From: Hyalangium minutum
GTDB taxonomy: Bacteria > Myxococcota > Myxococcia > Myxococcales > Myxococcaceae
Direction: 5' to 3'
Assembly: GCF_000737315.1 (NCBI RefSeq)
Contig: NZ_JMCB01000005.1
Coordinates: 372,001-436,000 of the forward strand
Length of the DNA stretch: 64,000 nucleotides
Shown: piece after piece, positions 39,633 through 54,733 of the stretch
How positions within the stretch are numbered: the first letter of the stretch is position 1
Layout of the letters: every line of letters begins with the position of its first letter
The notes under the pieces: generated by a model
What the model saw: the letters and a program-made list of their open reading frames with translations, nothing else
What the model was told of the DNA's origin: nothing
Database searches by the model: none
Position numbers and translations under genes: made by a program

Positions 39633-41324
39633 ATGCACCACGGAACTGGAGGCCTCTGGCTGCTGGTCGCGCACTTGCGCTGGCTGAGCTTGCTGCTGGT
39701 CGCGGTCGTGGGCCTCGGAGAGGCCAGGGCCCAACAGGCGATGAGTGGAAGCGGGCGGCCAGCCAGCTCCCGCCTGGTGGACACGCCCTTCAAGAAGGCA
39801 CCGCGGCCGATCATCGGAGCGATGCGTGTCCCGCGGGAGAGCTTGCCGCAGATCGAGAACTTCCAGCTCATGGGCTACAGCCCCTTGCCCAACCCCGGCG
39901 GCACCATCGCGCGAGGACTGAACGGTCCGATCGGCATCTCGGGGAATTGTCTGTACGTGGGCAGTCGCGTCGGCCGGAGGCCTGGGACGGGACCCGCGTT
40001 TGGCACGCCCGCCTTGCCGCCGGACGTGCTGATCGTGGACATCTCCAACCCGCGCAAGCCCACGGTGGTGGGCTCGTTCCCGACCCTCCTCAACGCCACC
40101 TCCCGCGAGCTGCGCACCATCCCGGATGCGAACACCCTCATCATCATGAACTTCCGGGAGACGGGGCTCGACCCCGGCGAGGGGAACAACTACCAGATCT
40201 ATGACATCACCGACTGCCGCCGCCCCGTGCTCAAGCAGACGATCTCCCTGGGACAGGATCGGCCTCACGAGTTCTTCCTCTGGAGAGATCCCAAGGAGCG
40301 CACGCGCTTCCTGATCTACTCCTCCATCCATCTGGGGGAGGTGCATGAGCCCTCGGTGCGCGTCTTCGAGCTCCTCTCCCCGCCTTCAGGGCCGGTGAGC
40401 AGCACGCCGGTGGCCACCTTCACGCTCGCGCCAGCGGTCCCGCACCAGGAGCCCGTGGCTCCTTCCGAGTACCGCGATGACCACTTCATCTTCGATCCGG
40501 GAGGCAAGCCGTCCGTCCAGCGCAACAACGTCCACTCCATGTCCGTCTCTCCCGACGGCTCGCGGGTGTACGTGGCCAACATTCATGCGGGCTACTACAT
40601 CCTGGACAGCACGCGGCTGGCTCAGAAGCTGCCGTGCAAGCGTGACACGGTCACCGAGGACGAGCGGAGCAACACCGATCCCAACCTCTGCCTGCGCAAG
40701 CTCAACCCCGATCCGAAAGCACGGATCGACATGACACCGCCCTACGGGTGGACGGAACACTCGGCCTATGCCGTGCCGGGCAGGCCGTACCTGCTGGTGT
40801 CGGGCGAGCGCAATGGCACCGACACCTGCCCCTGGAGCGTGGGCACCATCCTGGACATCTCCAACGAGAAGGCTCCTCAGTTCGTCTCGCGCTACCTGGT
40901 GCCCGAGAACCTGGAGGCGAACTGCTTCGTGGGCGGCCCTGGAGACCCGGCGCTGAGGCGGGAGTTCTCTCCGCACCAGCAGCTGGTCTTTTCCAACCTC
41001 TTCTTCATCTCCTGGTACTCGGCGGGGCTGCGCGCTTGGGACATCGCCAACCCCGTTCTCCCGATGGAGGTGGGCGTCTTCGTGCCTCGGCCCGCGGAGC
41101 AGATAGTGGAGCGCTTCCGAGACAGCCCCGACGTGTGGATGTGGTCTCACCCGTTGCTCTACAACGGCTACATCTACGTCGCGGACGTCAACAACGGCCT
41201 GTACGTGCTGCGCTACAAAGGGCCTCGCTGCGATGAGGTGCCGAAACTGGGCCTCTTCATGAGCAACACGAACTTCCAGCTTCCGCCCGCGCAGCCTCCT
41301 GGCGCCGGCCATGCCTGTCCCTGA
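39633..41324 (+). CDS. LVIVD-repeat (beta-propeller) exported protein
   Basis: Signal-like N-terminus. Repeats VLIVDISNPRKP, ILDISNEKAP, AWDIANPVLP and YIYVADVNNGLYVL. Confidence 0.7.
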   Translation: MHHGTGGLWLLVAHLRWLSLLLVAVVGLGEARAQQAMSGSGRPASSRLVDTPFKKAPRPIIGAMRVPRESLPQIENFQLMGYSPLPNPGGTIARGLNGPIGISGNCLYVGSRVGRRPGTGPAFGTPALPPDVLIVDISNPRKPTVVGSFPTLLNATSRELRTIPDANTLIIMNFRETGLDPGEGNNYQIYDITDCRRPVLKQTISLGQDRPHEFFLWRDPKERTRFLIYSSIHLGEVHEPSVRVFELLSPPSGPVSSTPVATFTLAPAVPHQEPVAPSEYRDDHFIFDPGGKPSVQRNNVHSMSVSPDGSRVYVANIHAGYYILDSTRLAQKLPCKRDTVTEDERSNTDPNLCLRKLNPDPKARIDMTPPYGWTEHSAYAVPGRPYLLVSGERNGTDTCPWSVGTILDISNEKAPQFVSRYLVPENLEANCFVGGPGDPALRREFSPHQQLVFSNLFFISWYSAGLRAWDIANPVLPMEVGVFVPRPAEQIVERFRDSPDVWMWSHPLLYNGYIYVADVNNGLYVLRYKGPRCDEVPKLGLFMSNTNFQLPPAQPPGAGHACP

Positions 41325-41352
41325 GTGAGCGCGCAGTCGTCTCTCGGCGCGC

Positions 41353-42735
41353 TCAGCCCGCGCTCTTCTTGGCCGCCGCAGCCAGTTCCGCTGCGGCCTC
41401 GGGGGCCTGCGTGGGGTAGGTGAGCTCTTCCGTGGCGGCCTCGGGCTGTGGCGTGAACCCCGCCTCGTTGGGGATCACCAGCAGCACGACCAGGGCGGGG
41501 ACCATGGCGATCGTGGTGAAGATGAAGAAGGAGGGCCAGCTCACGGACTCGGCCAGGAAGCCCGAGAAGGCGCCCAGCAACTGCATGGGCACCGCACCCA
41601 GGCTGGACAGCAGCGCGTATTGGGTGGCGGAGAACTTCTTGTTGCACAGCGCCGTCATGAAGACGGTGATGGCGGCGCCGCCCATGCCCCCCGTGAAGTT
41701 GTCTGCTCCCACGGTGAGCGCGAGGAAGTAGGGGTCGGCTCCCCGGGCTTGGAGCGCGATGTAGAGCAGGTTGGTGAGCGCCTGGGCGGCACCAAAGAGG
41801 AACAGGCCCCGCCGCAGGCCGATCTTGATCAGCAGCATGCCGCCGATCAGCGCGCCGCTGATAGCGCCAGCCATGCCCACGCCCTTCTGGATGGCACCCA
41901 GTTGCGTGTTGGTGAAGCCCAGCTTCAGGATGAACGAGGTCGTCATCCGGAATGCGATGGCATCACCCACGCGGAACAGGATGAGGAAGGCCAGGAGGGT
42001 GATCGGCACCCAGTAGCGCTTGATGACGTTGCCGAGAGACCGACGGTTTTCGTGCGTGGTCAGCGCGCGCGCGTAGCGCCCGAAGAAGTCCAGGAACGGG
42101 TGCACCACCGCCGTGACGAGTGTTGGCGGGGACTGAGTCTTCGTGGGCTCGGGAGCGAGCAGGGTGGCGATGATGCCCACGGACATGAGCGCGCCCATGG
42201 CGGCATAGCTGTACTTCCAGCCGATGATGTCCGAGAGGGTGAGCGCGCCCGCCATCGCGAAGAGCATTCCGATGCGGTAGCCGAGGGTGAAGGTGGGCAC
42301 GCCCAGCGCGCGCTCCTCCACGCTGAGCAGGTCGGTCCGGTAGGCATCCGCGACGATGTCCTGGCTGGCGGAGAAGAAGGCCACCAGGGCGGCCAGGGCG
42401 GCCATGGTCCAAGCGTCCTCGCGCGGGTTCACCTGGCCCATGGCGAAGAGGGCGGCGGCGAGCAGCACCTGTGTCACCAGCATCCAGCCGCGCCGCCGGC
42501 CCAGGAAGGGCGGGTAGTAGCGGTCCATCAGCGGGGACCAGAGGAACTTGAACGTGTAGGAGGTGCCCACCAGCGAGAAGATGCCGATGGTCTTCAGGGA
42601 CACGCCCTCGTTGGTCATCCACGCCGCCAGCGTGCTGCTGGTCAGGTAGAGCGGCAGGCCGGACGAGAAGCCCATGGCCAGCATCAGCCACACGCGGGGG
42701 CTCTTCAGGACGGTCAGGAGGGAAGGTGAGGACAT
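41353..42735 (-). CDS. ampG: AmpG family muropeptide MFS permease
   Basis: GFSSGLP, KFLWSPLMD, GRRRGWML.TQ, SASQDIVADAY and SATQYALLSSL motifs. Confidence 0.88.
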   Translation of the reverse strand: MSSPSLLTVLKSPRVWLMLAMGFSSGLPLYLTSSTLAAWMTNEGVSLKTIGIFSLVGTSYTFKFLWSPLMDRYYPPFLGRRRGWMLVTQVLLAAALFAMGQVNPREDAWTMAALAALVAFFSASQDIVADAYRTDLLSVEERALGVPTFTLGYRIGMLFAMAGALTLSDIIGWKYSYAAMGALMSVGIIATLLAPEPTKTQSPPTLVTAVVHPFLDFFGRYARALTTHENRRSLGNVIKRYWVPITLLAFLILFRVGDAIAFRMTTSFILKLGFTNTQLGAIQKGVGMAGAISGALIGGMLLIKIGLRRGLFLFGAAQALTNLLYIALQARGADPYFLALTVGADNFTGGMGGAAITVFMTALCNKKFSATQYALLSSLGAVPMQLLGAFSGFLAESVSWPSFFIFTTIAMVPALVVLLVIPNEAGFTPQPEAATEELTYPTQAPEAAAELAAAAKKSAG

Positions 42736-42979
42736 AGGTAGGCCGGGGGACGCACTCTACGCCTTCCGCTTCACTTCGCACGATTGAGGGCTCGGAAGGA
42801 GTGCCCGCTCGGCTGCCCTGAGGCGGCGCGGCCGTCCGGTAGCGGATAGAGGGAGAGGGGGCGGGCTCAAAAGAAGTCCCATCCCCGGACGTCCTGCGGA
42901 TTGTGACGTGAAACTGGCTCCCGCCCATGGCTCCCCCTAGATTCGCCGCCCGCGACGCGGGGCACTCGAGGGGAGCTCG

Positions 42980-44081
42980 TTGAAGCAAGGCATCGAACTC
43001 GACAACGTGGGGCGGACGGTCGGCGGGGAGATGTACCTCGCGGACATCCACCTGAAGCTCGAACCGGGCTCGTTCAACATCCTGCTGGGGCGCACCCGGG
43101 CGGGGAAGACGTCCCTGCTTCGGCTGATGGCCGGGCTGGACCGGCCCACCTCGGGCTCCATCCGCTTCGATGGAGTGGATGTGACGCGCTGGGACGTGCG
43201 CCGCCGCAACGTGGCCATGGTGTACCAGCAGTTCGTCAACTACCCCTCGCTCACCGTCTACGAGAACATCGCCTCTCCGCTCCGGCTGGCCGGCAAGCTG
43301 AGCAAGCAGGAGATCGACAAGCGCGTGCGCGACACCGCTGCGGTGCTCCGGCTGGAGCCCTTCCTGGACCGGCTCCCAGCCGAGCTGAGCGGCGGACAGC
43401 AGCAGCGCACGGCCATGGCGCGCGCGCTGGTGAAGGACGCCTCGCTGCTGCTGCTGGACGAGCCGCTGGCGAACCTGGACTACAAGCTGCGCGAGGAGCT
43501 GCGCACGGAGATGCGGCACATCTTCCGGGATCGGCCCGCGGTCATCGTCTATGCGACCACGGAGCCCACGGAGGCACTGTTGCTCGGTGGCCGCACGGCG
43601 GTGCTGCACGAGGGGCGGCTGCTGCAGGTGGGCCCCACGCTGGAGGTCTACCAGTCGCCCGCCACGGAGCGCGTGGGCCAGGTCTTCAGCGATCCGCAGA
43701 TGAACCTGTGGGAGGTGGAGGTGTCCGGCACGGAGGCTCGGCTGTCACCCGACGTGACGCTGCCGTTGAGCGGGCACCTTCGTTCGCTGGCGCCCGGGAA
43801 GTACCGGCTGGGCTTGCGCGCCCACCATCTGAGGCTCGCGCCCGAGTCGGCCTCGGACGTGCGTCTGACCGCGCGGGTGGAGGTGGAGGAGGTGAGCGGC
43901 TCGGAGACGCTGGTCCACGCGACGCACGAGCGGCTCACCGTCACCGCGCAGGTGGAGGGCATCCATCGGCACCCGTTCGGCACGCAACTGGATCTCTTCC
44001 TCGCGCCGTCGAGGGTGTTCGCGTTCAGTCCGGAAGGGCGCCTGATGGCTGCTCCTCCCGCGTCCCGCCAGGAGGCCACAC

Positions 44082-44095
<14 letters not shown>
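42980..44095 (+). CDS. glpS: ABC ATP-binding subunit of a glycerol-type transporter (GlpS-like)
   Basis: Walker A GRTRAGKT, LSGGQQQR, LLLDEP and LDYKLREELR. Gene order matches rhizobial glpSTPQUV. Confidence 0.85.
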
Positions 44096-45170
<1,075 letters not shown>

Positions 45171-45188
45171 GCGCAGGGAGGAGAGGAC

Positions 45189-46855
<1,667 letters not shown>

Positions 46856-46861
46856 GCCGCC

Positions 46862-47130
46862 ATGGATCTCCAGTGGATGGCGTGGACGTTCGAGACGGCG
46901 GTGTTCTTCGCCGTCATCGCGGCGCTCATCGCCGCCTATACCGTGTGGGGCGTGGTGTCGCCGTCGGTGCCCCGGCGCGGATTTCTGCCCATGCCCACCA
47001 CCCGAGGGGACCGGCTGTTCCTCGGGCTGATGGGCAGCGCGTGGATCAACCTCGCGTGGCTGGGCCTGACGGAAGCTTCGCAGTGGGTTGCTGTCATGCT
47101 GTCTGTGCTGTTCATGCTCGTCATCGGAAG

Positions 47131-47140
<10 letters not shown>
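46862..47140 (+). CDS. DUF2160 small membrane protein (GlpU-like)
   Basis: WMAWT..TA.FF and RRGFL...TTRGDRLF.GL motifs; position between permease and binding protein. Confidence 0.8.
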
Positions 47141-48930
<1,790 letters not shown>

Positions 48931-48946
48931 CGCCTGAGGCCTGAGG

Positions 48947-48971
48947 GGCGGCGGGCTTCATGCTCGCCGCC
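48947..48971. terminator. Hairpin after the glycerol-type ABC operon
   Basis: GGCGGCGGGC / GCTCGCCGCC stem with one G:U pair, between convergent genes. Confidence 0.65.
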
Positions 48972-49010
48972 TTCTGCTGCCACCTTGTAGCCGCGGCTGT
49001 ATCGGGCCAG

Positions 49011-49664
49011 CTACATCCCGGGGGGGGCGTTCTTGGCGAAGGGTGCCATCTGGGCCGCCAGCGCCTTCTGGAAGGCGGGCCGCGCCTCGCAGCGCTGATG
49101 GTAGGCCGCGAGCACCGGGTACTTCGCGAGCAGCTCCGTGTGGCGCATGATGCGCAGCACCGAGGACATCATCAGGTCGCCCGCGGTGAAGCGCTCCTCC
49201 AGGTACTCCCGGCCTTCCATCCAGCGGGCCAGGTCCTGGAGCCGGCCCTGCAGCGTCTCGAGCGCCGAGGGCCGCCGCTGCTTCGCCCACTCCTCCTTGG
49301 CGAAGAACAGGTCGAGCGACGTGTAGTTCTGCACGTGCTGCTCCAGCGAGTTCAGCGCCGCGAAGATCCACGTCTTCGTGCGCGCCCGGGCGTTCGGCTC
49401 GGACGGCATCAGCGCCTCGGACTTCTCGGCGATGTGCAGGACGATGGCGCCGGACTCGAAGAGCACCAGCCCGTCCTCCTCATAGACGGGGACCTGCCCG
49501 AAGGGCTGCATGCGGCGATAGCTCTCCGTCTTCTGATCCTCGAATCCGATCAGCCGCTCCTCATACGGAAGTCCCGCCTCGTCCAGCGCCCAGCGCACGC
49601 GAAGATCTCGCACCAGTCCCTGGGCAAAGGGCGGTACCCAACGGAATGCAGTGACCCGGATCAC
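49011..49664 (-). CDS. Glutathione S-transferase family protein
   Basis: RVRWALDEAGLPY, QPFGQVP, LFESGAI and FTAGDL motifs. Confidence 0.9.
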   Translation of the reverse strand: MIRVTAFRWVPPFAQGLVRDLRVRWALDEAGLPYEERLIGFEDQKTESYRRMQPFGQVPVYEEDGLVLFESGAIVLHIAEKSEALMPSEPNARARTKTWIFAALNSLEQHVQNYTSLDLFFAKEEWAKQRRPSALETLQGRLQDLARWMEGREYLEERFTAGDLMMSSVLRIMRHTELLAKYPVLAAYHQRCEARPAFQKALAAQMAPFAKNAPPGM

Positions 49665-49849
49665 GCTCGTCTCGCTTTTTGTCTCTACGGTGTGGGGCGC
49701 GCAGCATGCCCCACGGGCCTCTGCCTGTCGTGGCGAAGGGGAGACAGCGCGGATTGGGGGACCGCTAGGGATGAGGGAAAATCACGATTGACGCTGTGAG
49801 AGCCCAACCGCTAAGCCGCTTGCCACATCTTCATCGAAGGAGCGGTCCA

Positions 49850-51295
49850 TTGGCGTCGCTTGACCTGAAGGCGTGGTTGCCCGGTGTGTGTCTCCTCGTG
49901 CTGGTGGCCTGCGGTGAGGAGCGCCCGTCCCCGCTGCCCGCGCAGCTGCCCGAGGAAGCCGCAGAGGGCTTGCCCCGGGCGGCGCCCCCCCGTGTCTTCC
50001 AGCTGGAGCGCGCGAATCAGGGGCCGTACCTGGAGCGCACCGTGGAGCGCTTCCGTGCCGTCTCCTCGTCCACGGAGGTGAAGTCCGTGCTCTGGAGCGC
50101 CAGCGGAGGCAAGCTGGAGACTCAGGGCCTTCAGGCCACGTGGACCTTGCCCCGGGCGGGAGACGCCTCGCTCACCCTCACCGCCGAGACGCAGGACGGC
50201 GCCCAGCTCACGGAGACCTACCAGTTCCGCGTGTCCGCGGAGGTCTCCAGCCTGCCCGAGGGCGCCTCGTCCAATGTCCCGCTCGCGCCGGTGGCCGTGG
50301 ACACCTCGAGCGATACGACGGGTTCGATGTGTGACCTGGCGTTCGACCCGGCCGGCAACGGCCACCTCATCTATGACCGCTATCCTCACAACTCCATCTG
50401 GTACGGCTTCTGGAATGGAACCACCTGGAACACTCAGCAGGTGGACGGCCTGGGCTTCAACACCGGGGGCTCCTTCCAGGGGCCCATGGCCCTCGCGGTG
50501 GATCCCACGGGCAAGCCCCACATCGTCTACGTGATGGCGGGCAGGGGCGTGTGGTACGCCACGCTCTCGGGAACGACCTGGATTCGCGAGCGGATCGATC
50601 CTGTGGCCTTGCCGCCCATGAACGTTCCGAGCGTCGGAATCGCCCTGGATCCCTCTCAGGGCAACCGCCCCACCATTGCGTATGGCTACTACGGTCCGAT
50701 TCCCAGCGGGGGCAACGGCTACCGGACCGTTGTGGCTTACCGTACCGGAACAGCCGCGTGGACCACCTCCCTGCTCACGTTCCCCACGGCCTCGGTCTCC
50801 ACGGACCAGGAATTCCATGGCGAGCTGCTTTTTGACCCCACGGGGACGCTCTATATGACTGTGGGTGACTTCTCTCTCGGGACGTGGAAGGCGCCCTCGA
50901 CCGTGGCCGTCGTGGAGTTCTCCAACAACGCCATCTACGCCTCCGAACATATCTCCCTGGCGAGGACGACCGCCGGACACGTGCTGATGCGCTGGGATGG
51001 GTATCTCCTGGATGTGACGATTGCTTCTCCGCTGTCCGCATCCACGGGCCGGCTGTCTCTCATCGAGCCCGCTGCGAGCTACGTGGGCGATCTCATCTTT
51101 GCCTCGGGCAAGCCGCAGGAGGTTCACCTCCACGGTAGCCGCCTGGAGTTCGTCGCCCCCGGCGCGGACAACTACTGGACCTATACGGATCTGGGGACTG
51201 CGGCCTCCAGCGCGCGGATCGCCCTCGCGCAGCGCCCGACGACGGGCGTGGTTCACTTCTGCTACCAGTCCGGCTCGAAGGTGACGTTCCAGTAG
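49850..51295 (+). CDS. Hypothetical surface lipoprotein with a Trp/Gly-rich beta-propeller-like C-terminal domain
   Basis: AAGGAG precedes the TTG at 49850; lipobox LVAC. The C-terminal domain is shared with the next gene. Confidence 0.7.
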   Translation: MASLDLKAWLPGVCLLVLVACGEERPSPLPAQLPEEAAEGLPRAAPPRVFQLERANQGPYLERTVERFRAVSSSTEVKSVLWSASGGKLETQGLQATWTLPRAGDASLTLTAETQDGAQLTETYQFRVSAEVSSLPEGASSNVPLAPVAVDTSSDTTGSMCDLAFDPAGNGHLIYDRYPHNSIWYGFWNGTTWNTQQVDGLGFNTGGSFQGPMALAVDPTGKPHIVYVMAGRGVWYATLSGTTWIRERIDPVALPPMNVPSVGIALDPSQGNRPTIAYGYYGPIPSGGNGYRTVVAYRTGTAAWTTSLLTFPTASVSTDQEFHGELLFDPTGTLYMTVGDFSLGTWKAPSTVAVVEFSNNAIYASEHISLARTTAGHVLMRWDGYLLDVTIASPLSASTGRLSLIEPAASYVGDLIFASGKPQEVHLHGSRLEFVAPGADNYWTYTDLGTAASSARIALAQRPTTGVVHFCYQSGSKVTFQ

Positions 51296-51305
51296 GGACT
51301 ACCTT

Positions 51306-54080
51306 ATGTCCTCACGCTTCGTCTGGGTGTTCGTGCTCGTGGCGTTGGCGGGCTGCAAGGGGGATCCGTCGGAGCCGCCGGAGCCTCCTGTGCAGGAGAA
51401 TGCGGTGCCCGCCGCCAGCATCCTCTCGCCCGAGGAGGGGGCCACGCTGCGGGGCGCGGGCCCGCATGAGCTGGTGGGCTCGGGCAGTGATGCCGAGGAT
51501 GGCAGCCTGAGCGGCGCGGCCCTGCGCTGGTCCTCCAATGTCGACGGCGAGCTGGGCACGGGCAGCCTCGTGCGCGCCAGGCTCTCCGCGGGCGAGCACC
51601 GGCTCAGCCTGGACGTCACCGACTCCGGGGGGAAGCAGGCCCGTGCGCAGATCTCCGTCACCGTCGTCATCGAGGATCAGCCTCCGGTGGTGGCGATCGA
51701 GTCTCCCACCGCGGGTGCTTCCCTGGTGGAGGGGACTCCCATCCCGCTGCGCGGGACGGCCATGGATCCCGAGACAGGGCCACTGTCCGGGGCGGCGCTC
51801 ACCTGGATCTCGGACCGGTCCGGTGCCATTGGCACGGGGACGCAGCTCTCCTGGACGGGCGCGGCCCGGGGGACCCACCGCTTGCTGCTGACGGCCGTGG
51901 ATCCCGCGGGCAAGGCAGGCTACGCGAGCGTCACGGTGAACGTCGTCCCTCCGGGGACGAATCAGCAGCCCGTGGTGACCCTCTCGCAGCCCTCCGATGG
52001 CGCGCAGCTGCTCACGACCCAGACTGTCACGTTGCAGGGCAGCGCGACGGATGCGGAGGACGGCGTGCTGGGGGACAGCGCGCTCGCATGGAGCTCCAGC
52101 CGGGACGGGAGCCTGGGAGCGGGCCGCCAGCGGAGTGTGACGCTCTCGGCCGGCACGCACACGTTGACGCTCACCGCCACGGACTCGCTGGGCGCGGCGG
52201 CGAGCGCCTCGGTGCTGGTGACCGTCACTGCCCCGGGGCAGACGGCGCCCACCGTCACCATCACCCGGCCCACCAATGGCTTCACGCTCTTCGAGGGCAC
52301 GCCCCTCACCCTCGAGGGCACGGCCACGGATGCGGAGGACGGCCCCTTGACGGGCGCGGCTCTGCGCTGGTCCTCCAGCATCGCCGGAGCTCTGGGGACC
52401 GGCAGCCCGCTCACGGTGCCGGGGCTGGCAGCGGGCTCGCACGAGCTGCTCCTCACCGCCCGGGACAGCTCGGGTGCCGAGAGCGCCGCGCGCATCCGCG
52501 TCGAGGTGCTCCCCAGCAACAGCGCGCCCACCGTGCAGATCACCTCGCCCGCCACGGGCTCCCACTTCACCGTGGGGAGCACGGTGGCTTTGCGCGGGGC
52601 GGCGCAGGATCCCGAGGATGGGGTGCTCACGGGCAACCGCCTGACCTGGCAGTCCAACCTGGGGGGCACGCTGGGGCAGGGCACCTCGCTCGATGTGGCC
52701 TCGCTGGTCGAGGGCACGCACCAGATCTCCCTGACGGCCCTGGACTCCGGTGGCCGGGCGGCCAGCGCCACCCTCCAGATCATCATGGACCCAGCGCCCG
52801 TGAGGCTGCCGCCCGTGGCCCGGCTCACGGGACCTGCTCAGGCCGAGGCGCTTCGCCCGGTCACCTTCGACGGCGCTACCTCCAGCGATCCGGATGGCAC
52901 CATCACGAGCTACCGCTTCGACTTCGGGGACGCGACTGCGCCCGTGAGCGGCACGGCCGCGCAGGCCTCGCACACCTACCTCACCCCGGGCACGTACACC
53001 GTGACGCTGGGGGTGACGGACAATGATGGGCTGCAGTCCACGGCGACACGCACCGTCACCGTGACGCCCTACGTCCGAGTCCCAGAGGTGGTGGCCGAGG
53101 GCGTCGAGTCCTTCGGTTCCGCGTGCCAACTGGAGATGCGCGGCGCGGTGGCGCATCTGGCCTTCCGCGGAGGGATACACCCCTCGCTGTGGTACGGCAC
53201 GCTCACGGGCACCACGTGGGCCATGGTGCAGGTGGATGGCATGGGGTTCAACACGGGCGGCCTGGTCGAGTCGTCCCTGGCGATGGCCGTCGCGGCGGAT
53301 GGGACGCCGCACCTGGCGTACTCCCTCGCGGGCCGAGGGGTCTGGTACGCCACCCGCTCCAACTCCAGTGGTGTGTGGATCCGCGAGCGCGTGGACTCCG
53401 CCACGGTGCCGTCTCAGCCGGGCGCGCAGCTCTCCATTTCCCTGGATCCTTCGAGTGGCCAGCGGCCCACCATCGTCTATGGCTGGTACGGCAGCGTGCC
53501 GTCGGTGGGGACGGTGTGGCGCACGGCGGTGGCCTTCCGGACGGGCACGGCGGCGTGGACGGGGGAGGTGGTGTCCTTCCCGCTCGGGACCAACGCGGGC
53601 CAGCCGCCTCTGGGCGAGGCCACGTTCAGCCCCACGGGGACGCTCTTCATCCCTTATGGCGCCAACCTGTTGGGAGCCTGGAAGAGCGGGAGCGCGGCGC
53701 AGGCGCTGGCGCTGCCGGCGAACCTGACCGGCACGAGGATCTCCACGACCTGGGCACCCGCGGGGCCGCTGGTCCTGAGCGCAAATGGGCTGCACCGGGT
53801 GGTGCTCGCCAATCCCGTGAGCGCCAGCACGGTGACCCTGTCTGCGGTGGAGGGCTTCTCGCTGTCGCAGTTCTCCGTTGCCGTGGACTCGGGGGGCGCT
53901 CCCCGGCTGGCCTTCACCCACGGCGGCGAGCTGGAGGTGGCTCGGCCAGGCACGGACAACTATTGGTCTCGCACGGAGAACCTGGGGGCGGTGGACAGTG
54001 GGGAGATTGATGCCGCAGTGGACGGGGCAGGCGAGACGCGGGCGTGCTTCTTCCGAGCAGGCAAGGTGCTCTTGTACTGA
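51306..54080 (+). CDS. Surface lipoprotein: five Ig-like repeats, a PKD domain and a beta-propeller-like domain
   Basis: Lipobox LAGC; five repeats of about 90 aa; PKD motif FDG..SSDPDG.I.SY.FDFGD...HTY..PG.YTV.L.VTD. Confidence 0.8.
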   Translation: MSSRFVWVFVLVALAGCKGDPSEPPEPPVQENAVPAASILSPEEGATLRGAGPHELVGSGSDAEDGSLSGAALRWSSNVDGELGTGSLVRARLSAGEHRLSLDVTDSGGKQARAQISVTVVIEDQPPVVAIESPTAGASLVEGTPIPLRGTAMDPETGPLSGAALTWISDRSGAIGTGTQLSWTGAARGTHRLLLTAVDPAGKAGYASVTVNVVPPGTNQQPVVTLSQPSDGAQLLTTQTVTLQGSATDAEDGVLGDSALAWSSSRDGSLGAGRQRSVTLSAGTHTLTLTATDSLGAAASASVLVTVTAPGQTAPTVTITRPTNGFTLFEGTPLTLEGTATDAEDGPLTGAALRWSSSIAGALGTGSPLTVPGLAAGSHELLLTARDSSGAESAARIRVEVLPSNSAPTVQITSPATGSHFTVGSTVALRGAAQDPEDGVLTGNRLTWQSNLGGTLGQGTSLDVASLVEGTHQISLTALDSGGRAASATLQIIMDPAPVRLPPVARLTGPAQAEALRPVTFDGATSSDPDGTITSYRFDFGDATAPVSGTAAQASHTYLTPGTYTVTLGVTDNDGLQSTATRTVTVTPYVRVPEVVAEGVESFGSACQLEMRGAVAHLAFRGGIHPSLWYGTLTGTTWAMVQVDGMGFNTGGLVESSLAMAVAADGTPHLAYSLAGRGVWYATRSNSSGVWIRERVDSATVPSQPGAQLSISLDPSSGQRPTIVYGWYGSVPSVGTVWRTAVAFRTGTAAWTGEVVSFPLGTNAGQPPLGEATFSPTGTLFIPYGANLLGAWKSGSAAQALALPANLTGTRISTTWAPAGPLVLSANGLHRVVLANPVSASTVTLSAVEGFSLSQFSVAVDSGGAPRLAFTHGGELEVARPGTDNYWSRTENLGAVDSGEIDAAVDGAGETRACFFRAGKVLLY
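51399..52790 (+). repeat. Five tandem intragenic Ig-like domain repeats
   Basis: Consensus P.V.I..P..G......L.G.A.D.EDG.L.G..L.W.S...G.LG.G......L..G.H.L.L...DS.G occurs five times. The repeats are diverged at DNA level. Confidence 0.8.
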
Positions 54081-54109
54081 GCTGAGAGGTGGGGTGATTC
54101 ACGCGGGGA

Positions 54110-54712
54110 ATGGGTGGCTGCTACACTGGGAGAATGCTTCCCCGCGCTCTCGTCCCCACCGTGCTCTTCGCTGCGGTCCTCTGGCCGCTGCGGGCGCTCG
54201 CGTGCATCAACTCGATGGACGCCAGCTCCATCTTCACCGCCCACACCGTCTGGACTGACTTGATCGTCTGGACCGTGGGGGCGGTGTTCTTGAATCAAGT
54301 CGTCATCGCGAATGTGAGAGCCCCCGCCGTCGAGGGACAGCCTGCGCCCTCTCGGTTCCGCAAGGCCTTCTTCCTTCTCGTGGGCGCTTGCCTCGTCCTG
54401 GTGATGGGTGTGGTGTCGGCCGGTGGGCCGCTCCTCAACTTCGGCGAGATCAAAATGTCCACGTGCCTGTTCGACCGCAGATTCCTGCTGCTGATGATGG
54501 GCAGTCCCGCCGTGGTCTTCGTTCTGCACTCCGTGCTCTTCCAGCGGCTGAGCCGGTGGTTGTTTAGCGGAGACAGGCTTGTCACCCTCGTAACCCTGGT
54601 GGTCTCCTCGGTCTTGCTGGCGGTAGGGGTGGACATGGTGCGTGAGTCGATCCTCCTCCCCAAGCTCTGCGGAGCCACGTCGTACCTCCTCTTCGGGCAC
54701 AGCCAGTACTGA
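54110..54712 (+). CDS. Hypothetical multi-pass membrane protein
   Basis: Signal-like N-terminus and four or five hydrophobic segments. Confidence 0.6.
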   Translation: MGGCYTGRMLPRALVPTVLFAAVLWPLRALACINSMDASSIFTAHTVWTDLIVWTVGAVFLNQVVIANVRAPAVEGQPAPSRFRKAFFLLVGACLVLVMGVVSAGGPLLNFGEIKMSTCLFDRRFLLLMMGSPAVVFVLHSVLFQRLSRWLFSGDRLVTLVTLVVSSVLLAVGVDMVRESILLPKLCGATSYLLFGHSQY

Positions 54713-54733
54713 GTCGCTGCCTGGAGCCCCGCC

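Noticed and set aside
49020-49027. G8 homopolymer as a phase-variation tract
   Set aside because: It lies in the last codons of a GST gene, where slippage would change only the extreme C-terminus.
51399-52790. CRISPR or DNA tandem array
   Set aside because: The repeats are diverged in-frame protein domains, not identical DNA repeats with spacers. No CRISPR array or cas gene was seen anywhere in the window.
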